A stretch of DNA of 64,000 nt, from assembly GCA_038211455.1 (NCBI GenBank), contig JBBQVP010000003.1, forward strand, positions 157 through 64,156. The letters run 5' to 3'. A model generated the notes under the pieces. That model searched no databases. It was not told where the DNA came from and was given only the letters and a program-made list of their open reading frames with translations. Within the stretch, counting starts at the first letter, position 1. Every line of letters begins with the position of its first letter. Shown one piece after another: positions 35,843 through 45,919 of the stretch. The stretch comes from Burkholderiales bacterium. Lineage in GTDB: Bacteria > Pseudomonadota > Gammaproteobacteria > Burkholderiales > SG8-39. A program made the position numbers and the translations under genes.

Positions 35843-36286
35843 TCACAATGTAGCAGAGTCAGACCGTATGCCCTCGGCATGCGCAGAGCGAAACAGAAAG
35901 AACTTCCGGCACCCGAAATTGAACAGGAAGACGACCGCTGTCGCGCCGATTTTCGAGAGGCGGTAGTCAAATCCGAGGATATCCGTGAGGATGTACAAGA
36001 CGCCCGTAGTCAGAGCGAGCCCGAAAATACCGATCGCCGAGAACAGCAGGAATTCACGGGATCTGCGCGCGTGCCTTCGCGTACGAAATACCCAGCGGAT
36101 GCTGAACAGGTAGACGGTTGCAAGACCAGCGCAAAAGGCCGCCGCTGCCGATACAAGGTAGTGCCAGCCTGCCATTTCGGTCAGAGTGACGTAGAGCGTG
36201 AAATCGACGCAAAGCGCGATCAGACCGGCCACAAAATACCTTGAGAACTCGCCAGCAAGGGAGGATTCGATCTTCAAGCCGAACAT
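35843..36286 (-). CDS. GtrA-family membrane protein (lipid-linked sugar translocase family)
   Basis: About 147 aa, four TM helices, GtrA-like ends (FSRYFVAGLIALCVDF...; VVFLFNFGCRKFFLFR). The start is set at ATG 36286 because the track's extension would run through the pilin terminator. Confidence 0.7.
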   Translation of the reverse strand: MFGLKIESSLAGEFSRYFVAGLIALCVDFTLYVTLTEMAGWHYLVSAAAAFCAGLATVYLFSIRWVFRTRRHARRSREFLLFSAIGIFGLALTTGVLYILTDILGFDYRLSKIGATAVVFLFNFGCRKFFLFRSAHAEGIRSDSATL

Positions 36287-36323
36287 TTTATGCACTCTGC
36301 CGATTCCGAGCGCGTCTTGGTCG

Positions 36324-36364
36324 CCAGAAAAGAAAAAGAGCGGACATCTCGCGATGCCCGCTCT
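36324..36364 (-). terminator. Rho-independent terminator of the pilin gene
   Basis: Minus strand reads AGAGCGGGCATC-GCGA-GATGTCCGCTCT: a 12-bp stem including one G-U pair, with a GNRA tetraloop. It is followed by TTTTTCTTTTC and sits 52 nt after the pilin stop. Confidence 0.75.
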
Positions 36365-36415
36365 TTCGCCACGCTGCCCCACTCTCGGGGCTGGGATGTC
36401 AGCGAGGATGCAGGG

Positions 36416-36850
36416 TTAACGGCAGGCCGAAGGACGGTACTTGGAAGCCGTCGTGCCGCTGGTGCAAGACCAATTGATCGAGCCGCCCGAGGGAACGGTC
36501 CCTGCGGCCAGTGCCGCACCACCGGAAGTCGGGACCATGATCAGCGTTCCGCCGCCAGCCGCGCTGGTGTATTGGATCGAGATCTGGCCGCTGTCCGAAG
36601 CGGTGGTCAGTGAAGAAACGTTTGCCGTCCCCGTCGGATCAACGAGACCGGAGTTGAGCGAGGATGAGCCCGACGCAGCGTTTTCGGAAACCGCCAACTT
36701 CGCAGCCCCTGCCATTGCCAGACCTTCCGAGACCCGAGTGCGAACCATGTAATCCTGATATGCGGGCAGTGCGACCGCAGCCAGGATGCCGATGATCGCC
36801 ACGACGATCATCAGTTCGATCAGGGTAAAGCCTTGTTGTACGCGTTTCAT
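36416..36850 (-). CDS. pilA: Type IVa pilin (prepilin with class III signal)
   Basis: [35 protein letters not shown]-methylation/cleavage motif, 144 aa, Ser/Thr/Gly-rich globular part, C-terminal disulfide loop [15 protein letters not shown]. Confidence 0.92.
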   Translation of the reverse strand: MKRVQQGFTLIELMIVVAIIGILAAVALPAYQDYMVRTRVSEGLAMAGAAKLAVSENAASGSSSLNSGLVDPTGTANVSSLTTASDSGQISIQYTSAAGGGTLIMVPTSGGAALAAGTVPSGGSINWSCTSGTTASKYRPSACR

Positions 36851-36927
36851 GTGTGTTTTCCTTTGCGCAGTGTTGTCGAGACCTTAGGGATCACGCGGTC
36901 TCCATTCGATTTGGTGCACCTCGTATG

Positions 36928-36943
36928 AGCAGTAAGCATGCCC
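36928..36943 (-). promoter_or_regulatory. Sigma54-type (-24/-12) promoter candidate for the pilin gene
   Basis: Minus strand reads GGGCAT-GCTTA-CTGCT, matching TGGCAC-N5-TTGCW with correct GG/GC spacing. About 80 nt upstream of ATG 36850. Confidence 0.45.
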
Positions 36944-37070
36944 ACATTTAAGGGTGTATTTTGTGCACTAATTCACATCATTCGGCCCTTTCCGACGGTT
37001 CGAGTGACCAATCGCGGCACGTAGCGGCGCAAATGGTCGTATGAAATGCCCGGAGAGACCGCGGCCAGAC

Positions 37071-39668
37071 TTAGCGGGACTTGCCGGCTTTCAGTCCAGT
37101 CAGAAATTCCTCTAGCGCCCGGATCGGTGCCGTATCCCTAAAAAGCACCTCCCTCGACTCGATGATTTTCGTGCGCACGCTCGCGTTGTACTGCCGATCC
37201 TGCGCAAGGCGCACCGCGGATTCGACGTACCCCGCGTCGTCAGCGAGCACGAGTTCTTCAAGCTGCATCCGTTTGAGGATGGCGCTCGCAAATCTACCCC
37301 GCATGAAGCGACCTTCGCACGTGACGATGGGCAGGGCGCATTCGATTGCCTGCATCGCCGTGTTGAATCCCGAGAAGCCGATCGTATCCAGGAAAACGTC
37401 GGCTCCGCGCAGCAGGGCAAAGAATTCGGCCTTGGGCTGCCAAGGGATGAAAACCACGTGCCGCGAAAAATCAAGCCCTTCGGTCACAAATGACTTCTCG
37501 ATACGCTCGCTTAGCCGCCTGCTGAGCAGGGGCACGGCCGCGTACGTGAAAAAGACGAACCGCGCTGTTCCGAGCCGGCGCGCTATCCGGGCGAAGACGG
37601 CATCGTGCTGCGGCGCGTACTTGAACGGCGTCCCGGGACAGATGAACAGCGGCGCATCCGTGCGCTGCAGTGAAGCCAGCGCAGCGCCTGTTCCTGTTCC
37701 GGGGTCTTCGGGGGCGTAGTGGCAGCCCAGGTTCGGCAGTGCAACAAGTCCTTCGGTGTAGTGCGTTTGCGCGTCAGCGCCTTCAAAGCATTCTGCCGAC
37801 AGGTAATAGTCGATGGTCGGGAAGCCGGTGGTTTCCGGGTGGCCCCAGGCGGCAACCTGCACCGGCGCAAGCCGCATGCTTGCCAGTCGAGGGGTCGTGA
37901 TGTCCATACCCACTTCGGGATAAATCAGCACGTCCGGCTTTCGTTTTACGATCGCTGCAGCCCATTCGTCCAGGCGGCGGTCACCATTCGTAAACAGGTC
38001 GCAATGTGTCATCGCGAATTCTGTTTCGGCGTCTTTCGAGACACCCAGATGGAATACTTCGATTTCAAAACGGCGTCTGTCGATCTGCTCCAGCCAGCCC
38101 TTAACGATTGCATTCCAGACCGAGTGATTTTGAATATGGGCGGACACGATGCCTACGCGCAAACGGGGCCGCGCAGGAGGAGGGCGTGTCTGGGACGGAA
38201 GGTTGTTGCGTTCCTGCCAGCCTTTCATGAGCCCGCAGCACAGTTCGCCATAGCGCTTCAGAAGCTCGCGGTTGCTTTCCTCCTGATAAGCCAGATGGAA
38301 AGGCTGGGCTGCACCTATCGCCTGTTGTTCGTCATCTACTGGGTGCGAAGCCGCCCAGGCCTCCAGCTTGCCGGTTTCCTCGTAGAACTGGGATCGGGAG
38401 ATCGCGATTTCTGCTTCGGCCTGCGCGAGTACGGGTATGCACGCAACGAGGCGCTTGAACCGGACCGTAAGCGACCCGGGGTCTGCGCTGATCGCATCGC
38501 GATAGGCGTCCATGGAGGCACCTCGTTCGCCGGTCTCCCGCAGGACGGTGGCCCGGTTCGTCAGGGCGGCTGGGAAGCCCGGTCGCAGAGCAAGTGCACG
38601 GTCGTGGCTGGCTAGCGCCTCCGGGTGACGTCCGAGGCTCGCGAGAACCACGCCTCGATTGTCGAGCGCCTCCGGAAATTCTGGGCGCGCCGTCAGGGCT
38701 CGGTCGTAACTTTCCAGGGCTTCACCTGCGCGCCCCATGTCGCGGAGCGTTGTACCGCGTCCGTTGGCAGCTTCCGCGTAAACAGGCCTGAGTTCAAGCG
38801 CGCTATCGTAGCTGGCAAGCGCCTCCGCGTGCTTCCTCAGCGTGCTGAGCACCACCGCCTGGTTATAAAACGCTTCCGCGAAGCCTGGATCGATCGCCAG
38901 CGCGCGCGAATAGCTTGCGAGCGCGTCATCGAAGCGAAGGAGCGCGCCAAGTGCCGCACCACGATTGTTGTGCGCGGTGGCGTAGTCGGACCTGATCCCG
39001 AGAATGATGTCGCAGGTTTGCAACGCATCTTCATGTCGGCCGAGCGTCACCAGGGTTGCGACACGGTTGTTGAGCGCCTCAACATGATCGGGCCGCAACC
39101 CGATCGCTCGATCGAAGCTCAGCAATGCCTCTTCGTTTAGGTTCAGCTCATTGAGCACAAGTCCCCGGTTGTTAAGCGCTTCCGCGTGAGCCGGATTCAA
39201 TCCGGTCACCCGGTCATAGCATGCGAGCGCCTCTTCCAGCCGACTCGTGTAACGCAGTACGTTACCGCGGTTGAACAGCGCCGCGATATGCGCAGGCTCA
39301 AGGGCGAGTGCGCGGTCGAAGCTGGCGAGCGCCTCGTGCGAGCGTCCCAGTCGTTGCAACACAAGTCCAAGGTTCGAATGCGGCGCCGCCTGGCCGGGAT
39401 CCAGCCTGATCGCCTTCCCGATCAATTGTTCGGCGTCGGCGTAGTGACCGCGCTGATAGTGCGCGAGACCCGAGAGGTGCAGCGCATCGAAATGATGTGG
39501 CGCAAGCGCAAGTACGCGCGCGTAGCTCGCTTGCGCACCTTCAAGTTTGCCGTCGCGGTGAAGCGCGACGGCACTTTCAAACTCAGAACGTACGTCCGCT
39601 GGGGCCACCGGCCGATCCTGCGCCAGCCCAGTCCGGTCGAATATACCGCGAAACCACCCATTTGCCAT
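37071..39668 (-). CDS. TPR-repeat / GT41 O-GlcNAc-transferase-like glycosyltransferase (865 aa)
   Basis: About 11 TPR units (e.g. EALASFDRALALEPAHIAALFNRGNVL) followed by a GT41-like catalytic region (RVGIVSAHIQNHSV; QVAAWGHPETTGFPTIDYYLS). Confidence 0.85.
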   Translation of the reverse strand: MANGWFRGIFDRTGLAQDRPVAPADVRSEFESAVALHRDGKLEGAQASYARVLALAPHHFDALHLSGLAHYQRGHYADAEQLIGKAIRLDPGQAAPHSNLGLVLQRLGRSHEALASFDRALALEPAHIAALFNRGNVLRYTSRLEEALACYDRVTGLNPAHAEALNNRGLVLNELNLNEEALLSFDRAIGLRPDHVEALNNRVATLVTLGRHEDALQTCDIILGIRSDYATAHNNRGAALGALLRFDDALASYSRALAIDPGFAEAFYNQAVVLSTLRKHAEALASYDSALELRPVYAEAANGRGTTLRDMGRAGEALESYDRALTARPEFPEALDNRGVVLASLGRHPEALASHDRALALRPGFPAALTNRATVLRETGERGASMDAYRDAISADPGSLTVRFKRLVACIPVLAQAEAEIAISRSQFYEETGKLEAWAASHPVDDEQQAIGAAQPFHLAYQEESNRELLKRYGELCCGLMKGWQERNNLPSQTRPPPARPRLRVGIVSAHIQNHSVWNAIVKGWLEQIDRRRFEIEVFHLGVSKDAETEFAMTHCDLFTNGDRRLDEWAAAIVKRKPDVLIYPEVGMDITTPRLASMRLAPVQVAAWGHPETTGFPTIDYYLSAECFEGADAQTHYTEGLVALPNLGCHYAPEDPGTGTGAALASLQRTDAPLFICPGTPFKYAPQHDAVFARIARRLGTARFVFFTYAAVPLLSRRLSERIEKSFVTEGLDFSRHVVFIPWQPKAEFFALLRGADVFLDTIGFSGFNTAMQAIECALPIVTCEGRFMRGRFASAILKRMQLEELVLADDAGYVESAVRLAQDRQYNASVRTKIIESREVLFRDTAPIRALEEFLTGLKAGKSR

Positions 39669-39793
39669 GCGAACCGCTGCGCCCGAAATGATCTAGGTCG
39701 GGACTATGCCACGGGCAGGGTATTCACAAAGGCGATTCATTCCGGACGGCGGGCTGCGAACTTCCGGCAAGGCGGCGCCGGCTTCTTACGCAC

Positions 39794-40096
39794 TCAGATG
39801 ATCAGAAGGCGCACCAGGGAATCAATGAAGTCGTTTGGATAGCTGCCGTCACGCAGCCGCCATTTGACCCGGTTCGCGAATTTCGCTTTTTGGTAGATGT
39901 TGTAGCCGGCTGAAGCGTAGCGGCCGCGATGATTGCCGATCATCCGGTCGAGCTTCTGTATCTGCTTCTTGCGGACATCCGCGCCGCCGGTCAACTCGCT
40001 TTGGGGAACGAGGCGCTCGATCTCCTCGACCGCCTGATCGGCTTGTTTCTCGGCCTCGGTAGCATCAAGCCATTTCAGCATGGGCGCTTTGATCAT
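39794..40096 (-). CDS. Hypothetical small protein (100 aa), no recognisable motif
   Basis: ATG-initiated ORF upstream of and co-directional with the 37071-39668 gene. No homology recognised, so the coding status is uncertain. Confidence 0.3.
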   Translation of the reverse strand: MIKAPMLKWLDATEAEKQADQAVEEIERLVPQSELTGGADVRKKQIQKLDRMIGNHRGRYASAGYNIYQKAKFANRVKWRLRDGSYPNDFIDSLVRLLII

Positions 40097-40169
40097 CCCT
40101 GTAGGTTCGCGCGAATTATACCCGGCACGCCTATACTTGGCGTCCCTTCATGGTCAGGATGCAGCGCTC

Positions 40170-42149
40170 GTGAGTCCGCCTGTGTGGAATTGGCTGAAAC
40201 GCTGGGAGAAGCGCCCGGCGCTTCAGCCGGCAACCGACCCTGCGACCCCGGCGATCACGGACACCGGGCGAGTGTCGGTCCTGATCGAAGCGGGGATCGC
40301 CGCCGAAGAACGCGGGGACGCGACCGCGGCCGAACGCCTTTTCCGCGAGGCAGTTGCCGCTGAGCCAGGGTCGGGCAAGGCACACCTGAACCTGGGGATC
40401 GCGCTGCACGGCAGGCAGGCCTATGGGGAGGCCGTGGCTTCGCATGAGAAAGCGCTACAGCTGGAACCTGCCCTGCATAGTGCACACCATAACCTCGCTC
40501 TTTCCTGCCTTTTTCTGGGTGAAGCGGCACGCGCGGAGGGTGCATTCCGAGAGGCCCTGCGGATCAAACCCGACTTTCCGGAGGCATGGGTTGGCCTGGC
40601 AGAGGCTCTCGAGGAGCAAGGGCGCGATAACGAGGCGCTGGCCGCGCTGGAGACGGCAATCGCGAAACGCCAGAATTACGTCGGCGCGCTGTTCAACGCG
40701 GCGGTACTGCTTCGCCGGCTTGGCAGAATCGACGAAGCGGTGGCCGTAGTACGGCAGGTTCCGGATGAGCATCCACAGTTCGCGAACGCCATGACTGTGC
40801 TGGCTGCCGCATTGCGCGACCAGGGCAGTTTGGATGAAGCGGTTGCGGCATTGCGTGCCGCGGCCCGAAGTGCGCCCGAGTCATGGGTGACTCTGAGCGA
40901 ACTGCTTTTTACGCTCGGATTCTCCGATCGGGTGGGCGCGGAGGAACTGTTCGCGGAGCACTTCAGGGCGGGCTGCAGGCTGGAGTCATCCATACCGGCA
41001 TGGGTGGACGCGTTTCCAAACGCGCGCGAGCCCGAACGCATTCTCAGGATCGGTTACCTGTCAGGCGACTTGCGCCAGCATTCGGTGGCGTTATTCGTCG
41101 AGTTCCTGTTCGAGCGCCATCGCCGCGACCGGGTAAAGGTCTATGCATAGTCCTCGGCGCCCAATCACGATGCGATGTCCGACAGGATCCGGGCGGCGAC
41201 GGATGTCTGGCGGGACATGCGCGAAAAGGATGACGAAACGGTTGCGCGTGCGATTCTGGAAGACCGGATCGACATCCTGGTTGATCTTTCCGGGCATACC
41301 GGGAGCGCGCGCATCGCCGTGTTAGCTGGTCGCGCAGCGCCAGTGCAGATGACGTGGCTGGGATACATCAATACGACCGGCCTCACGCGAGTCGACTACC
41401 GGATCACCGACGCAATTGCAGATCCACCGGGAATGAGCGAACGACTGCACACCGAGACGCTGGTCCGGCTGCCGCACAGCCAGTGGTGCTTTCGGCCGTC
41501 GGAGGCCGCAAAGCGGGTACCCGTGCTACGGGATGCCACCCTGGGCCCATTCACCTTCGGAGTCCTGAACCAGTTTGCTAAGGTATCTCCGTCGAGTATT
41601 GCGCTTTGGGTCGCAGTACTGCGCGCCGCTCCTGCGACCCGCCTGCGAGTGGTCAACGTGCCGCGCGGCAGCGCGACGGACCTACTGACTCAGAGGCTCG
41701 TCGCGGCCGGTATCGATCGCGGGCGCTTCGACCTCCTCGAGCGGGTTCCGTTCGCCGAATACTTTTTCCAGTACGCGCTCACCGACGCGTGCCTGGACAC
41801 AACCCCCTATAGTGGTGGTACGACCACCTGCGACTCGCTGTTTTTCGGCGTGCCGGTACTTACACTGGCGGGAATCCGGCCGATTTCACGCAGTTCGGCG
41901 AGCCTGCTGACTACGGCCGGTTCGCCGGAGTTCGTCGCACACTCGCCTGAGGAGTTCGTTGCAATTGCGCGCCGGCTGGCGGCGGGCCGGACCTGGTCGA
42001 GCGCGGCGCGCGCGGAACTGCGCGCGCGCATGATTGCCTCGCCCTTGATGGACGAGCAGGGTTTCACGCATGATCTGGAGGCCCTGTATCGTCAGGTCTG
42101 GCGGGACTGGTGCGCCGCTACGGCTTCATCGCGGGCGACACCCGAATAG
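40170..42149 (+). pseudogene. TPR / GT41 glycosyltransferase paralogue interrupted by one in-frame TAG (41148-41150)
   Basis: Track ORFs 40080-41150 and 41175-42149 are in the same frame. The read-through sequence ...RVKVYA*SSAPNHDAMSDRIR... aligns with ...RFELTAFSFGPDRKDEMRQRV... of the 32688 paralogue. The likely start is GTG 40170 or 40182 (MWNWLKRWEK, compare MANGWFRGIFDR). Confidence 0.7.
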
Positions 42150-42460
42150 GCGCTCGCCCGAATCCGATCAGGATGAGCCGGTTTCCCGCGCGCGTTTTGA
42201 CGCCTGTGCACTGCCGGGGCTTTCTGGCGCGAAGCGCGCCACATGCCGTCAGGTAACCTGTTCCCGGGAGCGATTTTCTTCCACTGCTCACCTTGGGTTG
42301 AGACCCAGTTCGAGCACGAATTGGGGTTTCTCGCATGGAGCGGTAAGCGTCGCGCAGGCTGAAGAAATCGCAGACGTCGCTGTTCGGGATGAATGAATCG
42401 CAGACTTGGGGCCGCTTCGCTGACATAATCAAGACCGACTCCGGTGCAAATCCTTCACCC

Positions 42461-43540
42461 ATGAAACGCCTACCCTCCCGCGACCTGGATCACATCCTGA
42501 GCCACACCGCAGGACAGTGGGAAGAATTGCGCGGACAGCGCGTATTTCTTACCGGCGGCACCGGGTTCGTCGGTTCCTGGCTCCTCGAGAGCTTGCTCTG
42601 GGCAGACGACAAGCTTCGTCTCGGCGTCAAGGTGGTGGTGCTGACCCGAAATCCCGATGCGTTTCAGCGCAAGATGCCCCACCTCTGCCAACATCGCGCG
42701 GTGCGCCTGCTGGCCGGAAACCTCCTTGAGTTGGAGTTTCCGGAAGACCGCCATCCGTTTGTCATTCACGCCGCGACCGAGCCCGCGCTCGATGTGTCGC
42801 CTGGGCATCCGCTCGGCGCATTTGCGGCGGATATTGAGGCGACGCGGCGGATGCTCGAGTTCGCCCGCACACATGGCACGCGACGCTTTCTGTTTACCAG
42901 TTCTGGCGCGATTTACGGCAGGCAGCCGACGTCAATGACGCACGTTCCGGAAGATTACCCTGGCGCCCCGGCGACGACCGACACGGGTTCGGCCTACGGG
43001 CAGGCCAAGCGCGTCTCGGAATTCATGTGCGCGAAGTACGGCCGGGCATACGGCTTCGAGACAACGATTGCGCGGCTGTTCGCGTTCGTCGGCCCGCGGC
43101 TTCCGCTCGATGGCCATTACGCGGTCGGCAACTTCATTCGCGATGCCCTTGCAGGCGGCCCCGTGCGGGTCGCCGGCGACGGGACGCCCTACCGCTCCTA
43201 TCTCTACGCGGCGGATCTCGCAATCTGGCTATGGGCGATCCTGCTGCGGGGCAAGCCGGCGTACCCGTATAACGTCGGCTCTCCGCAGCCGCTGACGATT
43301 GCCGAACTCGCGCAAACCGTCGTGCGCGTTACCGACCCTGCGGCCTGTATCGAAACCGCCCGCCAACCCGTACCAGGGGCGGAGCCGCTGCGGTATGTGC
43401 CGCGAACCGGGCGCGCCCAGCACGAACTGGGACTGCATCCTGCGATTTCGGCGGAGGAAGGAATACGCCGGACGGTAGAATGGCTGCGTGCGGGAGAGAG
43501 TGGCCTTCTCCCGGATTTGCCGGCTGGCGGGGCCAGATAG
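42461..43540 (+). CDS. NAD-dependent epimerase/dehydratase (extended SDR)
   Basis: VFLTGGTGFVGSWL Rossmann motif and YGQAKRVSE (YxxxK). It is a paralogue of the 58598-59662 gene, sharing the N-terminal DLDHIL/DLEHV segment. Confidence 0.85.
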   Translation: MKRLPSRDLDHILSHTAGQWEELRGQRVFLTGGTGFVGSWLLESLLWADDKLRLGVKVVVLTRNPDAFQRKMPHLCQHRAVRLLAGNLLELEFPEDRHPFVIHAATEPALDVSPGHPLGAFAADIEATRRMLEFARTHGTRRFLFTSSGAIYGRQPTSMTHVPEDYPGAPATTDTGSAYGQAKRVSEFMCAKYGRAYGFETTIARLFAFVGPRLPLDGHYAVGNFIRDALAGGPVRVAGDGTPYRSYLYAADLAIWLWAILLRGKPAYPYNVGSPQPLTIAELAQTVVRVTDPAACIETARQPVPGAEPLRYVPRTGRAQHELGLHPAISAEEGIRRTVEWLRAGESGLLPDLPAGGAR

Positions 43541-43678
43541 CGGCGGCGCAGAACCCTGCAATACGGCAGCTATTGAAAGCCGAAGACCGCTCGACTTGGG
43601 CGTTGCTCGAATTCTGCGTTATTTGCCGTTGGTTGCGTGGCCCGGTCAACAATGCGATTTTCTTGGATATCCGCGCAT

Positions 43679-44371
43679 ATGGAAGCGATCGTACTGGCGG
43701 GCGGGCTTGGTTCCCGCTTGCGACCCGTGGTCCCCGATCTGCCGAAACCGATGGCACTGGTTGCGGGCCGCCCATTCCTGGAGATCCTGCTTACGCTTTT
43801 GGTCGAACGAGGTTTTGCGCATGTAGTCCTGTCGCTGGGCTACATGGCGCAGCACGTGTCGGATCATTTCGGTGATCAGTTCGCGAGCATGCGCCTGACC
43901 TACGAGGTCGAGGACACCCCGCTTGGGACAGGAGGCGCGGTGCGGCGTGCCCTGCGCCGCTGCGAATCCAAACACGTCTATGTTCTCAACGGCGACACCT
44001 ACCTCGATCTGGAATTTTCCGAAGTCGAGTGCCACTGGCAGCAGGTACAGGGACCGATCATCGTCGCCAGAGAAGTCCCCGACACCGCCCGCTTTGGGCG
44101 TCTCGATACGGCCGATGGGCGGGTCCTCGGCTTCAGCCAAAAAGGTGTTGCGGGCCCGGGCCTGATCAACGCCGGCTGTTATGTGTTCCCCAGGGACATC
44201 GCATGCGGCTTTCCGCGCGCCGAAGCCTTCTCGCTGGAGACCGACGTCCTGGCAAAGTTGGTGACGCAACGGCCTTTGCATTGCTTCGTGAGTCGCGGCA
44301 AGTTCATCGACATCGGCGTGCCGGAAGATTATGCGCGGGCACAATCCGAACTAGCGGAACTATGTCGTTGA
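43679..44371 (+). CDS. Sugar-1-phosphate nucleotidyltransferase (HddC/heptose-1-P guanylyltransferase-like)
   Basis: MEAIVLAGGLGSRLRPVVPDLPKPMALVAGRPFLE signature, about 230 aa. Confidence 0.85.
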   Translation: MEAIVLAGGLGSRLRPVVPDLPKPMALVAGRPFLEILLTLLVERGFAHVVLSLGYMAQHVSDHFGDQFASMRLTYEVEDTPLGTGGAVRRALRRCESKHVYVLNGDTYLDLEFSEVECHWQQVQGPIIVAREVPDTARFGRLDTADGRVLGFSQKGVAGPGLINAGCYVFPRDIACGFPRAEAFSLETDVLAKLVTQRPLHCFVSRGKFIDIGVPEDYARAQSELAELCR

Positions 44372-44572
44372 CTCCCCGAGAAAGTGTGTTTACTGTCGCT
44401 CCGCCTAGTCGCGCGCAATCTACCGAGCAAGCGCCATAAAGACCACGAACAAAGTGCATTCACGCCAGTTCGACTTTCGCAGGCTCCCCGCCGGCGAGCG
44501 AGCGCGGGGGATACGTGCGGATTCCGCCGCCATGCCTGTGCGGGGCATGGCGTGAATCCGCAATTCAAAGAA

Positions 44573-45919
44573 ATGTGCCTGCTTGACGAACAACCCGTTC
44601 TTCAGGCAATCAACCAGCTTGAGTCGAGCCGCATCCAGATCGCGTTTATCCTCGACGTCGCAGAGCGGCTCGTCGGAGTCGTGACCAACGGGGACGTGCG
44701 ACGTTTCCTGCTCGAAGGCGGGCAAACCCACCAGGCCGTTCGGCTCTGCATGAACCGCACCTTTCGCTCTGCGCCCGATGGAGCGTCGCGCGAAGACCTG
44801 CTCAAATTGCTCGATCTTGGGTTCAACGCGATACCAAAGATCGACACCGACGGTCGCCTCGTCGATGTCATCACACCGGAACGCCTGCCCACGACACCGG
44901 AAGCGGCCGTCCTCACACGGTCACGCGCGCCAGTCCGGGTAAGCTTCGGGGGCGGCGGTTCCGACCTCACGTATTTCTTCGTCGACCATCCGGGCGCGGC
45001 GCTCAGTGCCACGATTTCCCTGTTCTGTCATGTGACCCTGGTTCCGCGGCCGGATGCGGAGATACACATCCACTCCGAAGACCTGGGCAGCTACCAGCGC
45101 TACGCTTCGATCGAGGATTTGCAGGCCGGGCTGGAAGAAAACAGCCTGCTCGTCGCGACAATCGCCGTGATCCGGCCGGCGTTCGGGTTTGACCTCTATG
45201 TCCGCTCGGATTTCCCTGTCGGGTCCGGCCTGGGCGGGTCGTCCGCGGTTACCACTGCGGTCGTGGCCGCGTTCAACGAGCTGCGGCTCGATCGCTGGAC
45301 CACGTACGAGATTGCCGAGGTCTCCTTTCAGGCCGAGCGCCTGTGCTTTGGCGTCGCCGGCGGATGGCAGGACCAGTATGCGTCTGCGTTCGGCGGCGTC
45401 AACCTGATCGAGTTCGACGGTACCCGCAACCTCGTGCACCCGATCCGACTGGAGCCGGCGATCATCAACGAACTCGAGGAGTGCCTCATCCTCTGCGACA
45501 CCCAGATCAAGCACGAATCAGGCGCCATCCACACAGAGCAGCGTGGCGATTTCGACAAGGGCGAGAAAGCAAACGAACTCAAGGACGCGGTGGATCTTTG
45601 CCGCAAGATGCACCGCCACCTGATACGCGGAGAGCTGGTGGAGTTCGGGCGCTCCCTGCATGCCGCCTGGCAGTTGAAGCGGGGCTTTACCGCTTCGATC
45701 ACGAATACGCGCGTCGATGACATCTATGCTGCGGCGCTGAAATCGGGCGCACTCGGCGGAAAACTGCTCGGCGCCGGAGGCGGCGGTTTCTTCCTGTTTT
45801 TCGTGCAGCCGCGACTGCGCAGGGAAGTGACGGAGACCCTCAACAACGAGGGCTGCCGGAGCTACGCGTTTCGCTTCGAGCCCCTGGGCGTCACGTCGTG
45901 GCGAACCAAGCTGACATGA
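44573..45919 (+). CDS. CBS-domain / GHMP-family sugar kinase fusion (HddA-like kinase core)
   Basis: CBS pattern (RLVGVVTNGDVRRFL; GRLVDVITPE), then GHMP motifs VSFGGGGSDLTYFF and PVGSGLGGSSAVTTAVVAAF. The start is uncertain: ATG 44573 or GTG 44552. Confidence 0.8.
   Translation: MCLLDEQPVLQAINQLESSRIQIAFILDVAERLVGVVTNGDVRRFLLEGGQTHQAVRLCMNRTFRSAPDGASREDLLKLLDLGFNAIPKIDTDGRLVDVITPERLPTTPEAAVLTRSRAPVRVSFGGGGSDLTYFFVDHPGAALSATISLFCHVTLVPRPDAEIHIHSEDLGSYQRYASIEDLQAGLEENSLLVATIAVIRPAFGFDLYVRSDFPVGSGLGGSSAVTTAVVAAFNELRLDRWTTYEIAEVSFQAERLCFGVAGGWQDQYASAFGGVNLIEFDGTRNLVHPIRLEPAIINELEECLILCDTQIKHESGAIHTEQRGDFDKGEKANELKDAVDLCRKMHRHLIRGELVEFGRSLHAAWQLKRGFTASITNTRVDDIYAAALKSGALGGKLLGAGGGGFFLFFVQPRLRREVTETLNNEGCRSYAFRFEPLGVTSWRTKLT

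Noticed and set aside
40080-40169. ATG 40080 as the start of the interrupted GT41 gene
   Set aside because: It would overlap the divergent small ORF. The first 30 residues have no counterpart in the paralogues, whose N-termini align instead with the sequence after GTG 40170/40182.
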